A stretch of DNA of 63,516 nt, filler included, from Octopus bimaculoides (Eukaryota), in assembly GCF_001194135.2 (NCBI RefSeq). It is 5 parts of 5 records of this genome, joined end to end, with 100 filler letters (N's around TTAATTAATTAA, not from the genome) between each part and the next. Parts side by side here need not be neighbours in the genome. Positions count along the whole stretch, not along the records: positions 1 to 12,043 come from NC_068998.1; positions 12,144 to 40,387 come from NC_068993.1; 3 more parts are not named here. The stretch is one strand, 5' to 3'. The first letter of the stretch is position 1. The number at the start of each line of letters is the position of its first letter. The translations under genes and the position numbers were made by a program. Positions 10,995 to 24,004 of this stretch are shown here, piece by piece. The notes beneath the pieces are model-generated. The model did no database searches. It was not told where the DNA came from and saw nothing but the letters and a program-made list of their open reading frames with translations.

Positions 10995-11162
10995 ATACAT
11001 ATTTACATTCTTTATTTTCTCTTCTTGTTTCTTTCTGCGGAAGAGCGTAGGCTCGAAATGTTAAAGACTTTTTCACTTCCCGAGCGTTATACTAATACAT
11101 CAGTTTGTTGTCTACACCACCTGTCTCCGCCCTTTGTTATTTTGTGAATTCTCCCCCTATAT
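10995..11162 (+). mobile_element. Second copy of the hammerhead-bearing pseudo-LTR repeat
   Basis: TCTTT-CTGCGGA-A-GAGC-GTAG-GCTC-GAAAT-GTT-AAAGA, then ~100 bp homologous to 7880-7975, ending CTATA before (CATA)n. Confidence 0.6.
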
Positions 11163-11462
11163 ACATACACACATACATACATACATATACACACGCACGC
11201 ACACATACATACATACATACATACATACATACACGCATGCATGCTTTCTTAAAACCAGAAAGGAAAGGAAATAGCTGATTCGAAGACTAAAGATCCAATC
11301 CGTCACTGGAACTGTGAAACTTTGTAAAACTTTCCAAAGGTTTATCATTTAAGTATATATGCACATGTCTAGACATGCAAATATGTGCATTAGAATACAC
11401 GCATAACACAAACATACAAATCTGCACATGTACCAACTCCAAATACTGCACATATACACACA

Positions 11463-11501
<39 letters not shown>

Positions 11502-11677
11502 CGATGATCTTGATAATGGCGATTTTATCCGACACGCGGAAAGATAGTGTCCATTACTCTCACGAAAATAAATGATCGAACGATGATGAATAGATACATA
11601 AATATATACTCGTTTCTAATTTAGAAACATGTCCTATAATAATAATAATAATAATAATAATTATAATAATAATAATA

Positions 11678-11886
11678 ATTCTTTTCTACTCTAGGCACAT
11701 GACCCGAAATTTTGCGGGAGGGGGCCAGTCGATTAGATTGACCTTACTACGAAACTTAATTTATCGACCCTGGAAGGATGAAAGGCAAAGTCAACCTCGG
11801 CGGAATTTGAACTCAGAACGTAGACAGATTAAATACCGCTAAGCATTTCGCCCGGCGTGCTAACGTTTCTGCCAACTCGCCACCTC
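11678..11886 (-). mobile_element. Full-length Nin-type SINE inside a (TAA)n tract
   Basis: Complete head, B-box, central domain and tail; (TAA)n on both sides. Confidence 0.9.
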
Positions 11887-12009
<123 letters not shown>

Positions 12010-12043
12010 AATAATAATACGCAAAACACTTTCAATACAGTAA

Positions 12044-12143
12044 NNNNNNNNNNNNNNNNNNNNNNNNNNNNNNNNNNNNNNNNNNNNTTAATTAATTAAN
12101 NNNNNNNNNNNNNNNNNNNNNNNNNNNNNNNNNNNNNNNNNNN
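12044..12143. other. Artificial scaffold-join spacer
   Basis: 44 N + TTAATTAATTAA (12088-12099) + 44 N; identical structure at three other sites. Confidence 0.92.
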
Positions 12144-12192
<49 letters not shown>

Positions 12193-12244
12193 CATATATA
12201 TATATACATATATATATATGTGTGTGTGTGTGTACACATAGGTT

Positions 12245-12276
<32 letters not shown>

Positions 12277-13433
12277 CATGTACACGTGTACATATATATA
12301 CACATATAAATATATACATATATATACATACATATATATATACACATACACATTTCGAGCAAGAAAAAGTGAGGAGCATAGATAGAACAAACGCATAGTC
12401 ACACATAAACACAAGCATAAACACACACACGCACCCAAACACATATACATATACACGCATGCACACATACATACGAACACACACAGAAGCAAATATATAT
12501 TTATCTGTGGCTATATCAATCTATGTACATCTCTATATTTTCATACATAGACACACACCATATATATATATCCAATATATATCCCTGGTTTGTTGTACAT
12601 GTTTGTGTTAAATTGTTGTTGATTCCTGTATAAGCAACGCATTTTCACTTATTTTGACTATGTAAATATATGCAAAAATCTATAAATATATTTTGCTAAA
12701 TGTATATAGAAGAACTTGTAACATGAGTTACAAACTATATACTTAGATAAAAACCAATGAGGAATGAAAATTTGTATGTATGTATGTGTACGTGTGTGCG
12801 TGTGTGTATGTATGTTTGGATTTATAAGTATACACAGAGTAAGCCTTGAATAAGTTATCGAAAATGCGTGTGGGAATGTGAACAAGGAAGAGGAGGAGTG
12901 GGAAGAGAAGGGAGCGCGAATGTTTACGCGTGTATGTGTTTGTGCTAGTGAGAGTTATGTAGTATGTAGTATATATTGAGTATATTAATAATACAGAGGA
13001 GAAAATATACAGAACGTGGTTTTGTAGGAAGGTAGTTATAAATATAAATCTATATACATAAAGAAACGTGGAGGTGTATGTTTATTTGTGAATACATGCG
13101 TACACACATACATTAAATCATACATACATATATACATACATGTATAAACAGACTGGTGTATGCAGAAATAGAAGTGTGGTTGGATGAAGATATAAAAATT
13201 ACGAAGATGCATCGATGAAGAAGTACGGTGTACTTTAAACAAAAATATATCATTTTGGGAATACATTTTCTTATAGAGGTCTTTGGAGGGAATGAAATGA
13301 CTGCATTTAACAACAAGCGAATTAATTACTAATGTGAACAAAAATGCCAACAACTCCCAATCTATATATCTCTCTACCTATATCTCGTCCGTCACCTCTT
13401 CCTCTTTCATTCTGTTTTTCTGTTCGCTAGTTG

Positions 13434-13476
<43 letters not shown>

Positions 13477-13783
13477 CNNNNNNNNNNACACACATATACA
13501 CTCTCTCTCTCTCTCTCTCTCTCTCTCGGCCGATATATATATATATGTGCGTGTGTGTGTAAAGTTTGAGTGTGGATTCGCCCTTCAATTGGAGGTTTCT
13601 AAAAAGGGTTTGTAATGTTGATTCTTCACACTGTACTGGGAATTTACAGGCGTAAATTTGTGAATATATGAAAGTAGTACTTGTATATAATGTATGATGA
13701 ATTTGTGGACTGAAGTTCCATAAAAGCCATCAATTTTGTTAAGAATGGAGGAAATAAGTTGTTAAATTTTATAAGAGGTTTCA

Positions 13784-13860
13784 TTCTTGCAGACGATCGT
13801 TTCGTACAAAGATATAATTATATAAATCAAATAACATCATCGTGGTCTTCAGTGCAGGAA
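13784..13860 (-). ncRNA. Type I hammerhead ribozyme relic in the Penelope 3' region
   Basis: TTCCTGCA-CTGAAGA-[imperfect stem II]-GAAAC-GATC-GTC-TGCAAGAA: intact core boxes, GUC cleavage triplet, palindromic ACGATCGT helix III and a 7/8-bp helix I. Confidence 0.7.
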
Positions 13861-15836
13861 GGAAAGAAACTATAATACAAGGAACTTAAAAATGAATAGA
13901 GCAGAAAAAAATGGATCTAGGTAAGTCATATTGGTATCCGTGTGAGAGAGAGTGATGGGTGTCATGTAGGGCATTGAACCATAACTAATGGCTTCAACGG
14001 TTATTTGAAGATAAGTAATGCTGTATCGGAGACATTCCCTCTATATATGAGTATGGAAATTATAATTATAGCTCTATATATGCAACATAGGGCAAGTAAA
14101 TAGGAGAACGGTTCAATGAGAAGGCAATACCCAATGTAAATTAAACTTAACCGTTGAAATCAATACGTAGTATAATATATTTCAAAAATCTATACAGTAG
14201 AATGAACTTTAGCGTGAAGAAGTGGTATATGAGAAACTAATCTAGATGGTTAACGTAAAGAAAACGGAGAGTGAAGAGTTATTTTAAATTAATGAATAGG
14301 AACTTGGTTATGTGTTTACATGAGGAACTTTTTCATCTTTAGTATTAAACAAATTTCCATTCATTCTCATTATGGTATAGCTTTCCTCTAAACATAGCCT
14401 ACAAATTTTATTATTATTTCTATAATGGGGGAGGAAGATATGATTTTCCAACAAATGGGGAAATTAATATTGTTTCTTTTGAGGTGCCAAATTTTTTTCG
14501 ATAGTCCTGTACTATTCTCTTTCCAATGGTCCCTAAAAGTAGATTTCTGGTTAGAAATTCTCTTTTAAATTGAGTTTCGGATGCAACCTACCTTATATGT
14601 ATCTAGAGGTGTCGTGACTTATAATAGTTACTTGGTATACAACTTCTTTCATTTTACAATTTCTATCTACTTCACAGGCATTAAGGTCTCGACAATTACA
14701 ATTTAAAGTTGTGGGTGGTGTAGTGGTGTTAAATCTATATTTTGTTGGATTAATAGAGTTATGATTATTAGGAGTATTGTTGTTGTTTATTGTAGGATTA
14801 TGAGATGTATTATTAACAGTATTATCAATGGAGGTATTAGGTACTGTCTTAGTAGTTTTTTTTTTATTATAGAAAAGATCCAGTTTCTTATTATTGAAAG
14901 AAGAAATTATCCAAAAAAGATTTGGAGAAACTGAAAATCCAAATCTAATTTTTTTATTATTAAATATTTTACCATATTTAGAGTTTTTGAAGTTTTTATT
15001 AATTATCATTATAATGGAACTAATAAAGATAGATTTTAAATGTCTGGCAAAAAAGATTATAATCTAAGTAGTATTATATTAAAAAGTTGGGTTGGGTTGT
15101 GTTGAGAGGATCAGCTTTTCTAATAAAGGGTATTTTTTTTTGCTATTTTATTCCCATCCTCATTAATTTGAGTGCTATGATTATGCATGTCACTGAAGTA
15201 ATTTGGCGTGTTTAGATTATCCTTATTTTTTCTGTTTATCGGCTTAATGTTCCTATTTTTATCTTTAATTATACATTTGTGGTATTTGTTGTCAGTATTC
15301 CTAGGTTTGTTTAGGAATACCGTGGTTAGGAAGGTGGTAATTACTAAATTTATTTTATTCTTTTCCTGAGTAAAATTTCGGTTGTGGTGCTCGTAGAGAT
15401 TGAGTCTTTTTCAGTATAGTTATTATAGTCCTGATTCTCCTGTTTTTTTAAATTTTTTTTATTTTGGCTGATGTTACGTTTATGACTCTTATTGAGAGTT
15501 TTCGCTATACACTTATTAGGGTGTACTAATTCGTCAGATGACTTAGATTCGCTAATATTATCTAAATTGTTTGTTTCATGATTGTTTGATATGATTAGTA
15601 CCAGTGCTGTCGTTTTTATCACACTTAATTTCATATTTATATCCTGCCTTCGTAAGAGCTAAGTTATAATAGTCCTTACGTTTGTTAAATATTTCCTCGT
15701 TAGATAATAGTAGATTTATTCTTCTCTCTATGTTAGTGGTCAGGTTTTCTATAATGTTATAGGGGTGGTTCCTGTGCACATTTATGTATGTAATATTGGT
15801 GTTTGGTTTATAGTAAAGTCGCTGGGTAGAATTAAG

Positions 15837-16056
15837 ACCAACTGTTCTATAAATAGGACGCTAAAGGAGAACATTAAATAAGCTATATCAAGTTGTCTCA
15901 GTGTCCTATTTATAGGACACCGAATATTTCTATTTCTACTTGAAATAAAGGAGTTTTAATAATTATTTTTTTCCATTTTAACTTATTTTCAATCATCTGC
16001 AAAAATTTTTAAATAATATTCAGAAATTTAAGTACTCTGGAACTTAATGAGTTATG
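15837..16056. mobile_element. 220-bp secondary insertion interrupting the Penelope RT
   Basis: Removing it restores the in-frame DVNFN-LNSTQRLYYKPN; it contains the near-palindrome GTGTCCTATTTATAGGACAC and a related CTGTTCTATAAATAGGAC. Confidence 0.6.
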
Positions 16057-17478
16057 GTTGAAGTTGACGTCTAGGACGTTAACAGTTGTTATCATTTTCT
16101 ATGCTAGTAGATCGTCCTTGGTTTTTTAAAAATGTTTGTAGTATTTTGTTGTAGAGTTCTAATTTTCTATTTCAGGCATTCCTAACTAAGAATAGTGCGT
16201 CGTCCCGGTATAATCCACCTTCTAATTCATGGAATTCTTCTTTAAATTTGTGCAGTAGGTATATTCAGACTATGTCGTTAATGTCCATTTGTATGAATTT
16301 ACATTTTTTCTTATCGTGTAAATTAGTAAACCAGCTAATCGAATCTAGTGTTTTAGATCACAGGCGGAGTTTTATTTTTGATTTAAGTGAGTGTAGGAAT
16401 GTGTCTATAATAATTTTGCTGAGATTACCTAGGTCAGATTTACAAGGGTAGATGTGCCTTACATTTGAATCAATGTGAAAGTTAGGTCTGTGGTCTTTTA
16501 GGTTAATTCTAGGTCTAGATGATTCACATATATATACATACACACACACACACACACACATACACACACACACACACATACACGCACACACACGCAAACA
16601 CACTCATAAATGAAGATGTAGCACTCAACATATTTTGCAGGATATACTTTTATTACTAACAACCTTTTAACTCAGCTCCACATTACTTATGGACTCATTG
16701 AAGCGTAGGAGCCAAGTTTGTGTTAATATAACTTATGACATCAGTTATAATCCAATTGTAAAGGTTTTTATGTGTCGGTTGCAATGGAAAGATTTTTGTC
16801 CTGTAGAATATAATAAGAGAGTTCATTATTTTGTTGAGAAGTCATATTTTCCGAAAACGTTTGGACTATGACCGTCAAAGAGTGTCTTTCTTTCAGAGTA
16901 TACTGTTCAACACTTGATATACTTCTTCTCAATAGAGGTCAATACTGCAACGGCATATTTGGCCCTCATAGAACTATACACTGCAAATTAGAGTCTCTCT
17001 ATTATTACAATATACTCCTTATTTCTTTCACTATATAAGTCACAGAACTGTGGCACTTCTGCCGCAGCACTTTTGGTATTTTAATCGAGGAAACCTGTCA
17101 TAATACTTAATAGTGAGGGATTGGATACTTATGCTATCGCACTTATTACCCAGGAGACCGGTAGCCTTCGGGAACATAGACACAGTATGCAAGTTGTTAA
17201 ACAGTGAGAAACAATGGCGCAAATCCATACGCACAAATACAACCCTCCACACGCACACGAACACAGCGGCGTATAGAAAAATTGGTATACACCGTGACAT
17301 TCCGGTTGATTTCCGTCCACCGGATTCACTCACTACGCATTAGTCAACATGCACATATAGTAGGAGACATTTGCTGATCGTTACGCGCAGTTGGGCCGAA
17401 CTCAAAACCACATGTATGTGTACAAACCGAGCTAACTGCACATGATGATACATATAATGCAACTCACGAAAATATATA

Positions 17479-17520
<42 letters not shown>

Positions 17521-17669
17521 CGTGTAAGTGTGTATGTTTGTGTTTTAACATATCTGCATGAATATTGAATATTGTATATATTTATAAATGCTACCCATAA
17601 ATATACGGACATATTTCAAATAAGAAATCTCACAAATACTCAAACATTCGTGCTGATTTACACACTCAC

Positions 17670-17708
<39 letters not shown>

Positions 17709-17723
17709 CACACACACACACAT

Positions 17724-17788
<65 letters not shown>

Positions 17789-18493
17789 CTTACTAGCGAA
17801 AAACACATTATACTCACTATTCCTGTTTCTTCCTTTTTGTGTTTGTGTGTGCCCCTCTGTGTGTGTGTGTGTGTATGAGAGTATGCATATATAGTCAAGC
17901 AATTATAAAAAGCTTATGAAGATATGTGATGATTTTGCAAAATATATAGGAACTGACACAAATTTACATATCATAATGGAAATCTATAATTTTAAATGTT
18001 AATAAATCGATAATTGAATTAATTACACTATTATATATTAATAGTCGCTCGCAAGCATATACTTGAATGCATACATACACCTGTGTGTACATGCGTACGC
18101 ATATATGTTTCTATGTTCAGTAAAATATCAATAGTTATGTGCTTCTGTACTGGACGTCAGCGTGTGTCTATTCGTGTTTGTGTGAGTCTATATATATANN
18201 NNNNNNNNNNNNNNNNNNNNNNNNNNNNNNNNNNNNNNNNNNNNNNNNNNNNNNNNNNNNNNNNNNNNNNNNNNNNNNNNNNNNNNNNNNNNNNNNNNNN
18301 NNNNNNNNNNNNNNNNNNNNNNNNNNNNNNNNNNNNNNNNNNNNNNNNNNNNNNNNNNNNNNNNNNNNNNNNNNNNNNNNNNNNNNNNNNNNNNNNNNNN
18401 NNNNNNNNNNNNNNNNNNNNNNNNNNNNNNNNNNNNNNNNNNNNNNNNNNNNNNNNNNNNNNNNNNNNNNNNNNNNNNNNNNNNNNNNNNNNN

Positions 18494-18524
<31 letters not shown>

Positions 18525-18615
18525 CATACATACACAGCTATGCACGCCAGCTCACACGCACACACGCTAGAGAGGAGGTACACATTCGCATTACTCACAC
18601 ATATATGTGTTTGTA

Positions 18616-18652
<37 letters not shown>

Positions 18653-19177
18653 GTATCTATTTCTATATGTATATGTATATACATATATACATATATATAT
18701 ACATTTATATATGCATATATATATATTTGTACACACTCACATATATATATATACATACGTACATACATACACACATACGTGCTTGCATACATACAGTCAT
18801 ACATAGATATATGGAAAAATATACGTATACAAATATATACATTGAATATTAAAATGTTTTGGGGCAGATTTATATTTGTGTATGTTAGGAACGTAAAAAT
18901 ATAAATGAATTAATAAATACATTCAAATAGGATCGTACGTACCCGAACATGCCAATACAAACGTGCACACAACCATCCTTCCCTATATACATACACATCG
19001 AATAGCATACGTACACACGCTTTATTACACCTTTACGTACATACTTAGATGCACTCATAGATATGTGTATAAATACGTGTGTATGTGATATGTACACACA
19101 CACACATATATATAGTCATGTATATACAGACATATACACACATATGCNNNNNNNNNNATTTATTTTGCCTTCACACG

Positions 19178-19218
<41 letters not shown>

Positions 19219-22200
19219 CACATTCACAAACGGACACACACACATATACACACACAAACATGCACTCATACGCATACCACACCAGACGTCATACACGTTA
19301 TAGATGCACACACATTCCATATACGAAGAGTTACATTCACAGGCAGAAACATACGTACACAAACAAATGCTTAAACTATATACATAAATATATATATATA
19401 TATANNNNNNNNNNNNNNNNNNNNNNNNNNNNNNNNNNNNNNNNNNNNNNNNNNNNNNNNNNNNNNNNNNNNNNNNNNNNNNNNNNNNNNNNNNNNNNNN
19501 NNNNNNNNNNNNNNNNNNNNNNNNNNNNNNNNNNNNNNNNNNNNNNNNNNNNNNNNNNNNNNNNNNNNNNNNNNNNNNNNNNNNNNNNNNNNNNNNNNNN
19601 NNNNNNNNNNNNNNNNNNNNNNNNNNNNNNNNNNNNNNNNNNNNNNNNNNNNNNNNNNNNNNNNNNNNNNNNNNNNNNNNNNNNNNNNNNNNNNNNNNNN
19701 NNNNNNNNNNNNNNNNNNNNNNNNNNNNNNNNNNNNNNNNNNNNNNNNNNNNNNNNNNNNNNNNNNNNNNNNNNNNNNNNNNNNNNNNNNNNNNNNNNNN
19801 NNNNNNNNNNNNNNNNNNNNNNNNNNNNNNNNNNNNNNNNNNNNNNNNNNNNNNNNNNNNNNNNNNNNNNNNNNNNNNNNNNNNNNNNNNNNNNNNNNNN
19901 NNNNNNNNNNNNNNNNNNNNNNNNNNNNNNNNNNNNNNNNNNNNNNNNNNNNNNNNNNNNNNNNNNNNNNNNNNNNNNNNNNNNNNNNNNNNNNNNNNNN
20001 NNNNNNNNNNNNNNNNNNNNNNNNNNNNNNNNNNNNNNNNNNNNNNNNNNNNNNNNNNNNNNNNNNNNNNNNNNNNNNNNNNNNNNNNNNNNNNNNNNNN
20101 NNNNNNNNNNNNNNNNNNNNNNNNNNNNNNNNNNNNNNNNNNNNNNNNNNNNNNNNNNNNNNNNNNNNNNNNNNNNNNNNNNNNNNNNNNNNNNNNNNNN
20201 NNNNNNNNNNNNNNNNNNNNNNNNNNNNNNNNNNNNTATATATATATATATATATATACATATATATATGTATATATATAAGTGTATATATATATATATG
20301 TAAAATGTATTGTATGTACTTATATATGAATGTAGAAGATATATATAAAATATAGAAAGATAGTCAGATCGTTAGTCAGCATCTTAGAACAGTAGTATTA
20401 TTAATATTATTATTGCTATTTATTTTGTAGTTGTAGTTGTTGATGACGATGATGCTGCTGTTGTCGTCTGAGAAATGTCGTGTCCCAGAATGCGTCTCGT
20501 TTATATGTACTTCCAATGTTCATTTATGAAAATAAGCATCTTTTACGGCTTTTGTTTTTATCATTTATATTATTTGTCTTATACGCTTTTATCCCTGTGG
20601 TTTTTTCGTAGTCCAATCTTTATGTGATCTTATTTTAACGCAGACGCATTATATGTGTGTGAGTCTCTGTGTGTGTGTATACATGTTTGTGTACGTGTGA
20701 GTTTTTATTTTTTTGTCACATGCTAAAACTCCTAATCTTTACCCCTGTTTGATGATGGGTGCCTCAGGAACGGCTGGTAGATATTGCTTTGTAATCCATC
20801 ATAACGGTAGAGGTACCCACTTCTATACTGCAAAACGTATTATAGAAAACAGCAATTGTACTTGGATTGAGAAACACACAAACCATGAGAGTTAAGATCT
20901 GGGGCAAAAGATAAGCTTGATATAAGCCAGCCGAAGGAAGAAGAAATCGGCGAGGCATATCAGAAATAAAAGTAGCTACATAAGTGTGTTATTTATTCCG
21001 TGAGCTCTGGAATAAATAATGATTTTTTATACGTAAGAAAGCATTTGTTTCATCGACCACAACAGGTAATATAGAAGCGTGTCTGAGCTTGATGAATCTG
21101 GATGAGGTAAGAAAACATGCACTGTTAGTGAAATAGTTCTTCTATCTATGAACTTCTTCATTGTAAATGGGTCTAACGAAGTCGACAGTTATGACTACAG
21201 ATATTTGCAGAGAAATATAGCTCTTCTACACCTCTATGGCTAGGTGGCGACCAGAGAGCTTACTCGTAGTTGGCTAGAATTTGTATCGTTATTCGGGTCA
21301 TAAAGAGATTCGTACAAAAATTAGATAAGAAAAAGGCATTACACAATTCGGTTGTTGTGGATGCTGTCCTTGTGTGCAGAGGTAGAAAAAAAACGGAGAG
21401 AAAAAGAGGGCACTGAGAAGAGACAGCAATAATAATAGAAGGCTCTAACCTTAGGATGCTACCAGTCTCAGCTTCAGGGCACAGATATGCAATTAATTAA
21501 ATAACTTGCTAATTGTATACTAGTTGGAGGACCAGGAAACTCTATAGACGATATCGCATCAAACAGCAAACAGGACAGAAACAAAATCGCAGCAGATTCC
21601 CTCTTCAGTCTGTTTCTAGAAAGTCATTGTACTTTCGCACCCCTTTCTACTGAGACCATTCGAATCCATCAGGTTCCAGGGTTGCCGTCTGTTATGTTAT
21701 CGTCTAGTTTCTGTATGTTGTGTTTTGTTTGACATCCGCTTGCTATGTTGTTTTTGTCCTACCTTTGATCTATCTACACAGCGCACCGTACACCCTGTTC
21801 TTTACTTTATGAATAAATATAGATATAAATGCTGATTTTAATGTTTACACATGATCTACGACGTTTCAAAGGCAAAGAAGGACGGACAGTACTCTCCGTG
21901 GTCTTTGGAATGTTCAGATTAACTTTTCTCTTGGATCAATTGTTGCATGGAAATGATTTTCTTCTAGTGACAATATTGAATTGCATTGAGTTCCATCAGT
22001 GTATGGTTAGGTCAACACTATACGACATTGATATTTGGAAATAGTTGTTCACTCGGATATCTATAGACATTAGACAAACATCTTTTGGCAATCATTGGCC
22101 CACTCCATGTCTAACGTAGTAAAAGCACCTGAATTTAGCTTTTTGATTCAAGTTTAGAATACCTGTAACAACTTGAGAAGTCCGTATACTTGCCCAGATG

Positions 22201-22461
22201 TATCCAAGTAATGTTTCTCTTGTGAAGTAGCATTTGTATGTTATGGAGTATTTTTCATTGATTTCTTTCTATACACTTTTTATAAGAAGCTCCGTTTGAG
22301 GATAAACTTTTGTTTCGCAAAGTCGTCATATGAAGTGATCAAAATTTAGAAGGAGGCTATGGTTTTGCATCCAAATTATGTATATATATGTATATGAATA
22401 TGTATTCATACACACTCACACACACACGCAAACACACACACGCACACACACATATTCTTGC

Positions 22462-22580
22462 GTTCATACACTGACCAAATCCACCTACAAGGCTTTGGCC
22501 TACATAATGCTATAGTAGAAGGCACTTTCCCAATGAGTCACGCAGCCATGCGACCGGGAAGCAAAGATCTTAATACAGAG
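22462..22580 (-). mobile_element. 5' part of an octopus-type SINE, leading into a (TG)n/(TA)n tract
   Basis: CCAAATCCAC..ACAAGGCTTTGG..GCTATAGTAGAAG.CACTT.CCCAA is homologous to 59160-59260. Confidence 0.6.
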
Positions 22581-23165
22581 CCAAGGCAATTTCAAATATA
22601 TTTATCACATATTTTCACTTCGAAAGACAATCACACTACGGGGAAAAAAAGTTGTTGCATGTATTAAGGCGAGAATGCACTATTATCGTAAGTGTAAATA
22701 CATCTTATCAAAAGCGACAATTTTTTCTTTAACTTAAACTGGAGTCAAATTTTCTTTAGAGGTGAAAGTGTGTTACAAACATATTTGAACTAACGTTTAG
22801 TTTGCTTATTTCTCATCACTTCTGGTGCTACTAGTTATGAAGTTATCGAAACCGAGCAGGCGCCGAGCGCGTGTCAGTCGCCTGTATCGACTGCTCTTTT
22901 ATAAAACTACGGGTTTCTTGTTACATCAAAGCTATCTCTCCCGTTTAGGAAGGCATAACTAGCGAGAAATGTGTTCAAGAGTCCAAGAGAGAGTGACACT
23001 AAAGTGATAATAGTGTGTTTGCTTAACATAAGTGAGAATATGTTCTCTGCGGTAAACGGCAGTGAAATTGCTTTTACAAGTGAAAGTATGTCACAGACGT
23101 ATTTTGAAGTAACAATGTTTACTCACCACACACACACACACACATGTATATATATACATTCATGC

Positions 23166-23217
<52 letters not shown>

Positions 23218-23227
23218 NNNNNNNNNN

Positions 23228-23450
23228 CGGACAGGTCGGCCCCGTGTTTCTCGAGCCATGCCTGTAGAGCTTATCCCGAACGGGTAGTGCTTCTCGATAG
23301 CACTGCCAGGCCAGGGATCTCTGGAAGTTGTCCATAGGTCCCGGCCCGAAGGTCGTCTTAAACAGGCGGGTCAGGTATTCCTCGTCGACGCCCAGGTTCG
23401 CCCCGAGATCGTCGTCGTACCTTCCCTCCACTAATCCACTATAGAATGCG
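23228..23450 (-). mobile_element. Tx1/L1-clade LINE C-terminal (zf-RVT) fragment
   Basis: Stop-free AFYSGLVEGRYDDDLGANLGVDEEYLTRLFKTTFGPGPMDNFQRSLAWQCYREALPVRDKLYRHGSRNTGPTCP fits the LxWxxxxxxLPxxxxL...CP pattern; GC-rich; its 5' junction abuts (TATC)n. Confidence 0.85.
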
Positions 23451-23462
23451 GTAGATAGATAT

Positions 23463-23497
<35 letters not shown>

Positions 23498-23931
23498 TAC
23501 ATCCATGTTAGCAAATGGCGACTGGATTTTTCCTTCCATTTTCATTAGATCGCACGATGTCGATCTGAAGATGTTAAATACGTGGTGGATTTTACTTTGA
23601 AATGCATAGCCATACCATATTGAAATATAAAGGGACAATATTTGTGCATGAGAGAAGTAGCACAGTTGTGGTTTTCACTAAGTACGATGTATATAATGTG
23701 GCACTAAAATTGTCATTAAACAGCCAAAGATTTATACAACATTCTCAGAACATGTCAAACAGTATAAAGGTATTGTATAATAGAGAGAGCCAAGGAAACC
23801 TGAATCGGTGCTACTAATTTTCCATTCGAGTAACTTCACACGTCCGTGAAGAACGAATCATCTTAATAGCACTAGTATCAGCAGCAAGATATGTGAACTA
23901 CTACTACTAATACTACTAATACTACTATTAT

Positions 23932-24004
<73 letters not shown>

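Larger units (their letters stand above)
13561..16525 (-). mobile_element. Decayed, 5'-truncated Penelope-like element (RT + C-terminal GIY-YIG endonuclease)
   Basis: Minus-strand pieces in order: RINLKDHRPNF..IYPCKSDLGNLSKIII..SWFTNL..KFIQMDI; GGLYRDDALF; VNVLDVNFN|LNSTQRLYYKPN..NHPYNII..LALTKAGY; KIFNNKKIRFGFSVSPNL; CNCRDLNACEVDRNC..VVYQVTI..YI; STFRDHWKENSTGLSKKIWHLK..CWKII..CRLCLEE. Multiple stops and frameshifts. Confidence 0.9.

Noticed and set aside
16845-16890. Hammerhead-like motif upstream of the Penelope element
   Set aside because: Only AAACGTT is recognisable; neither core box is intact
21540-22330. Gypsy pol remnant on the minus strand
   Set aside because: Only a loose KCxF..LGY resemblance; no supporting motifs
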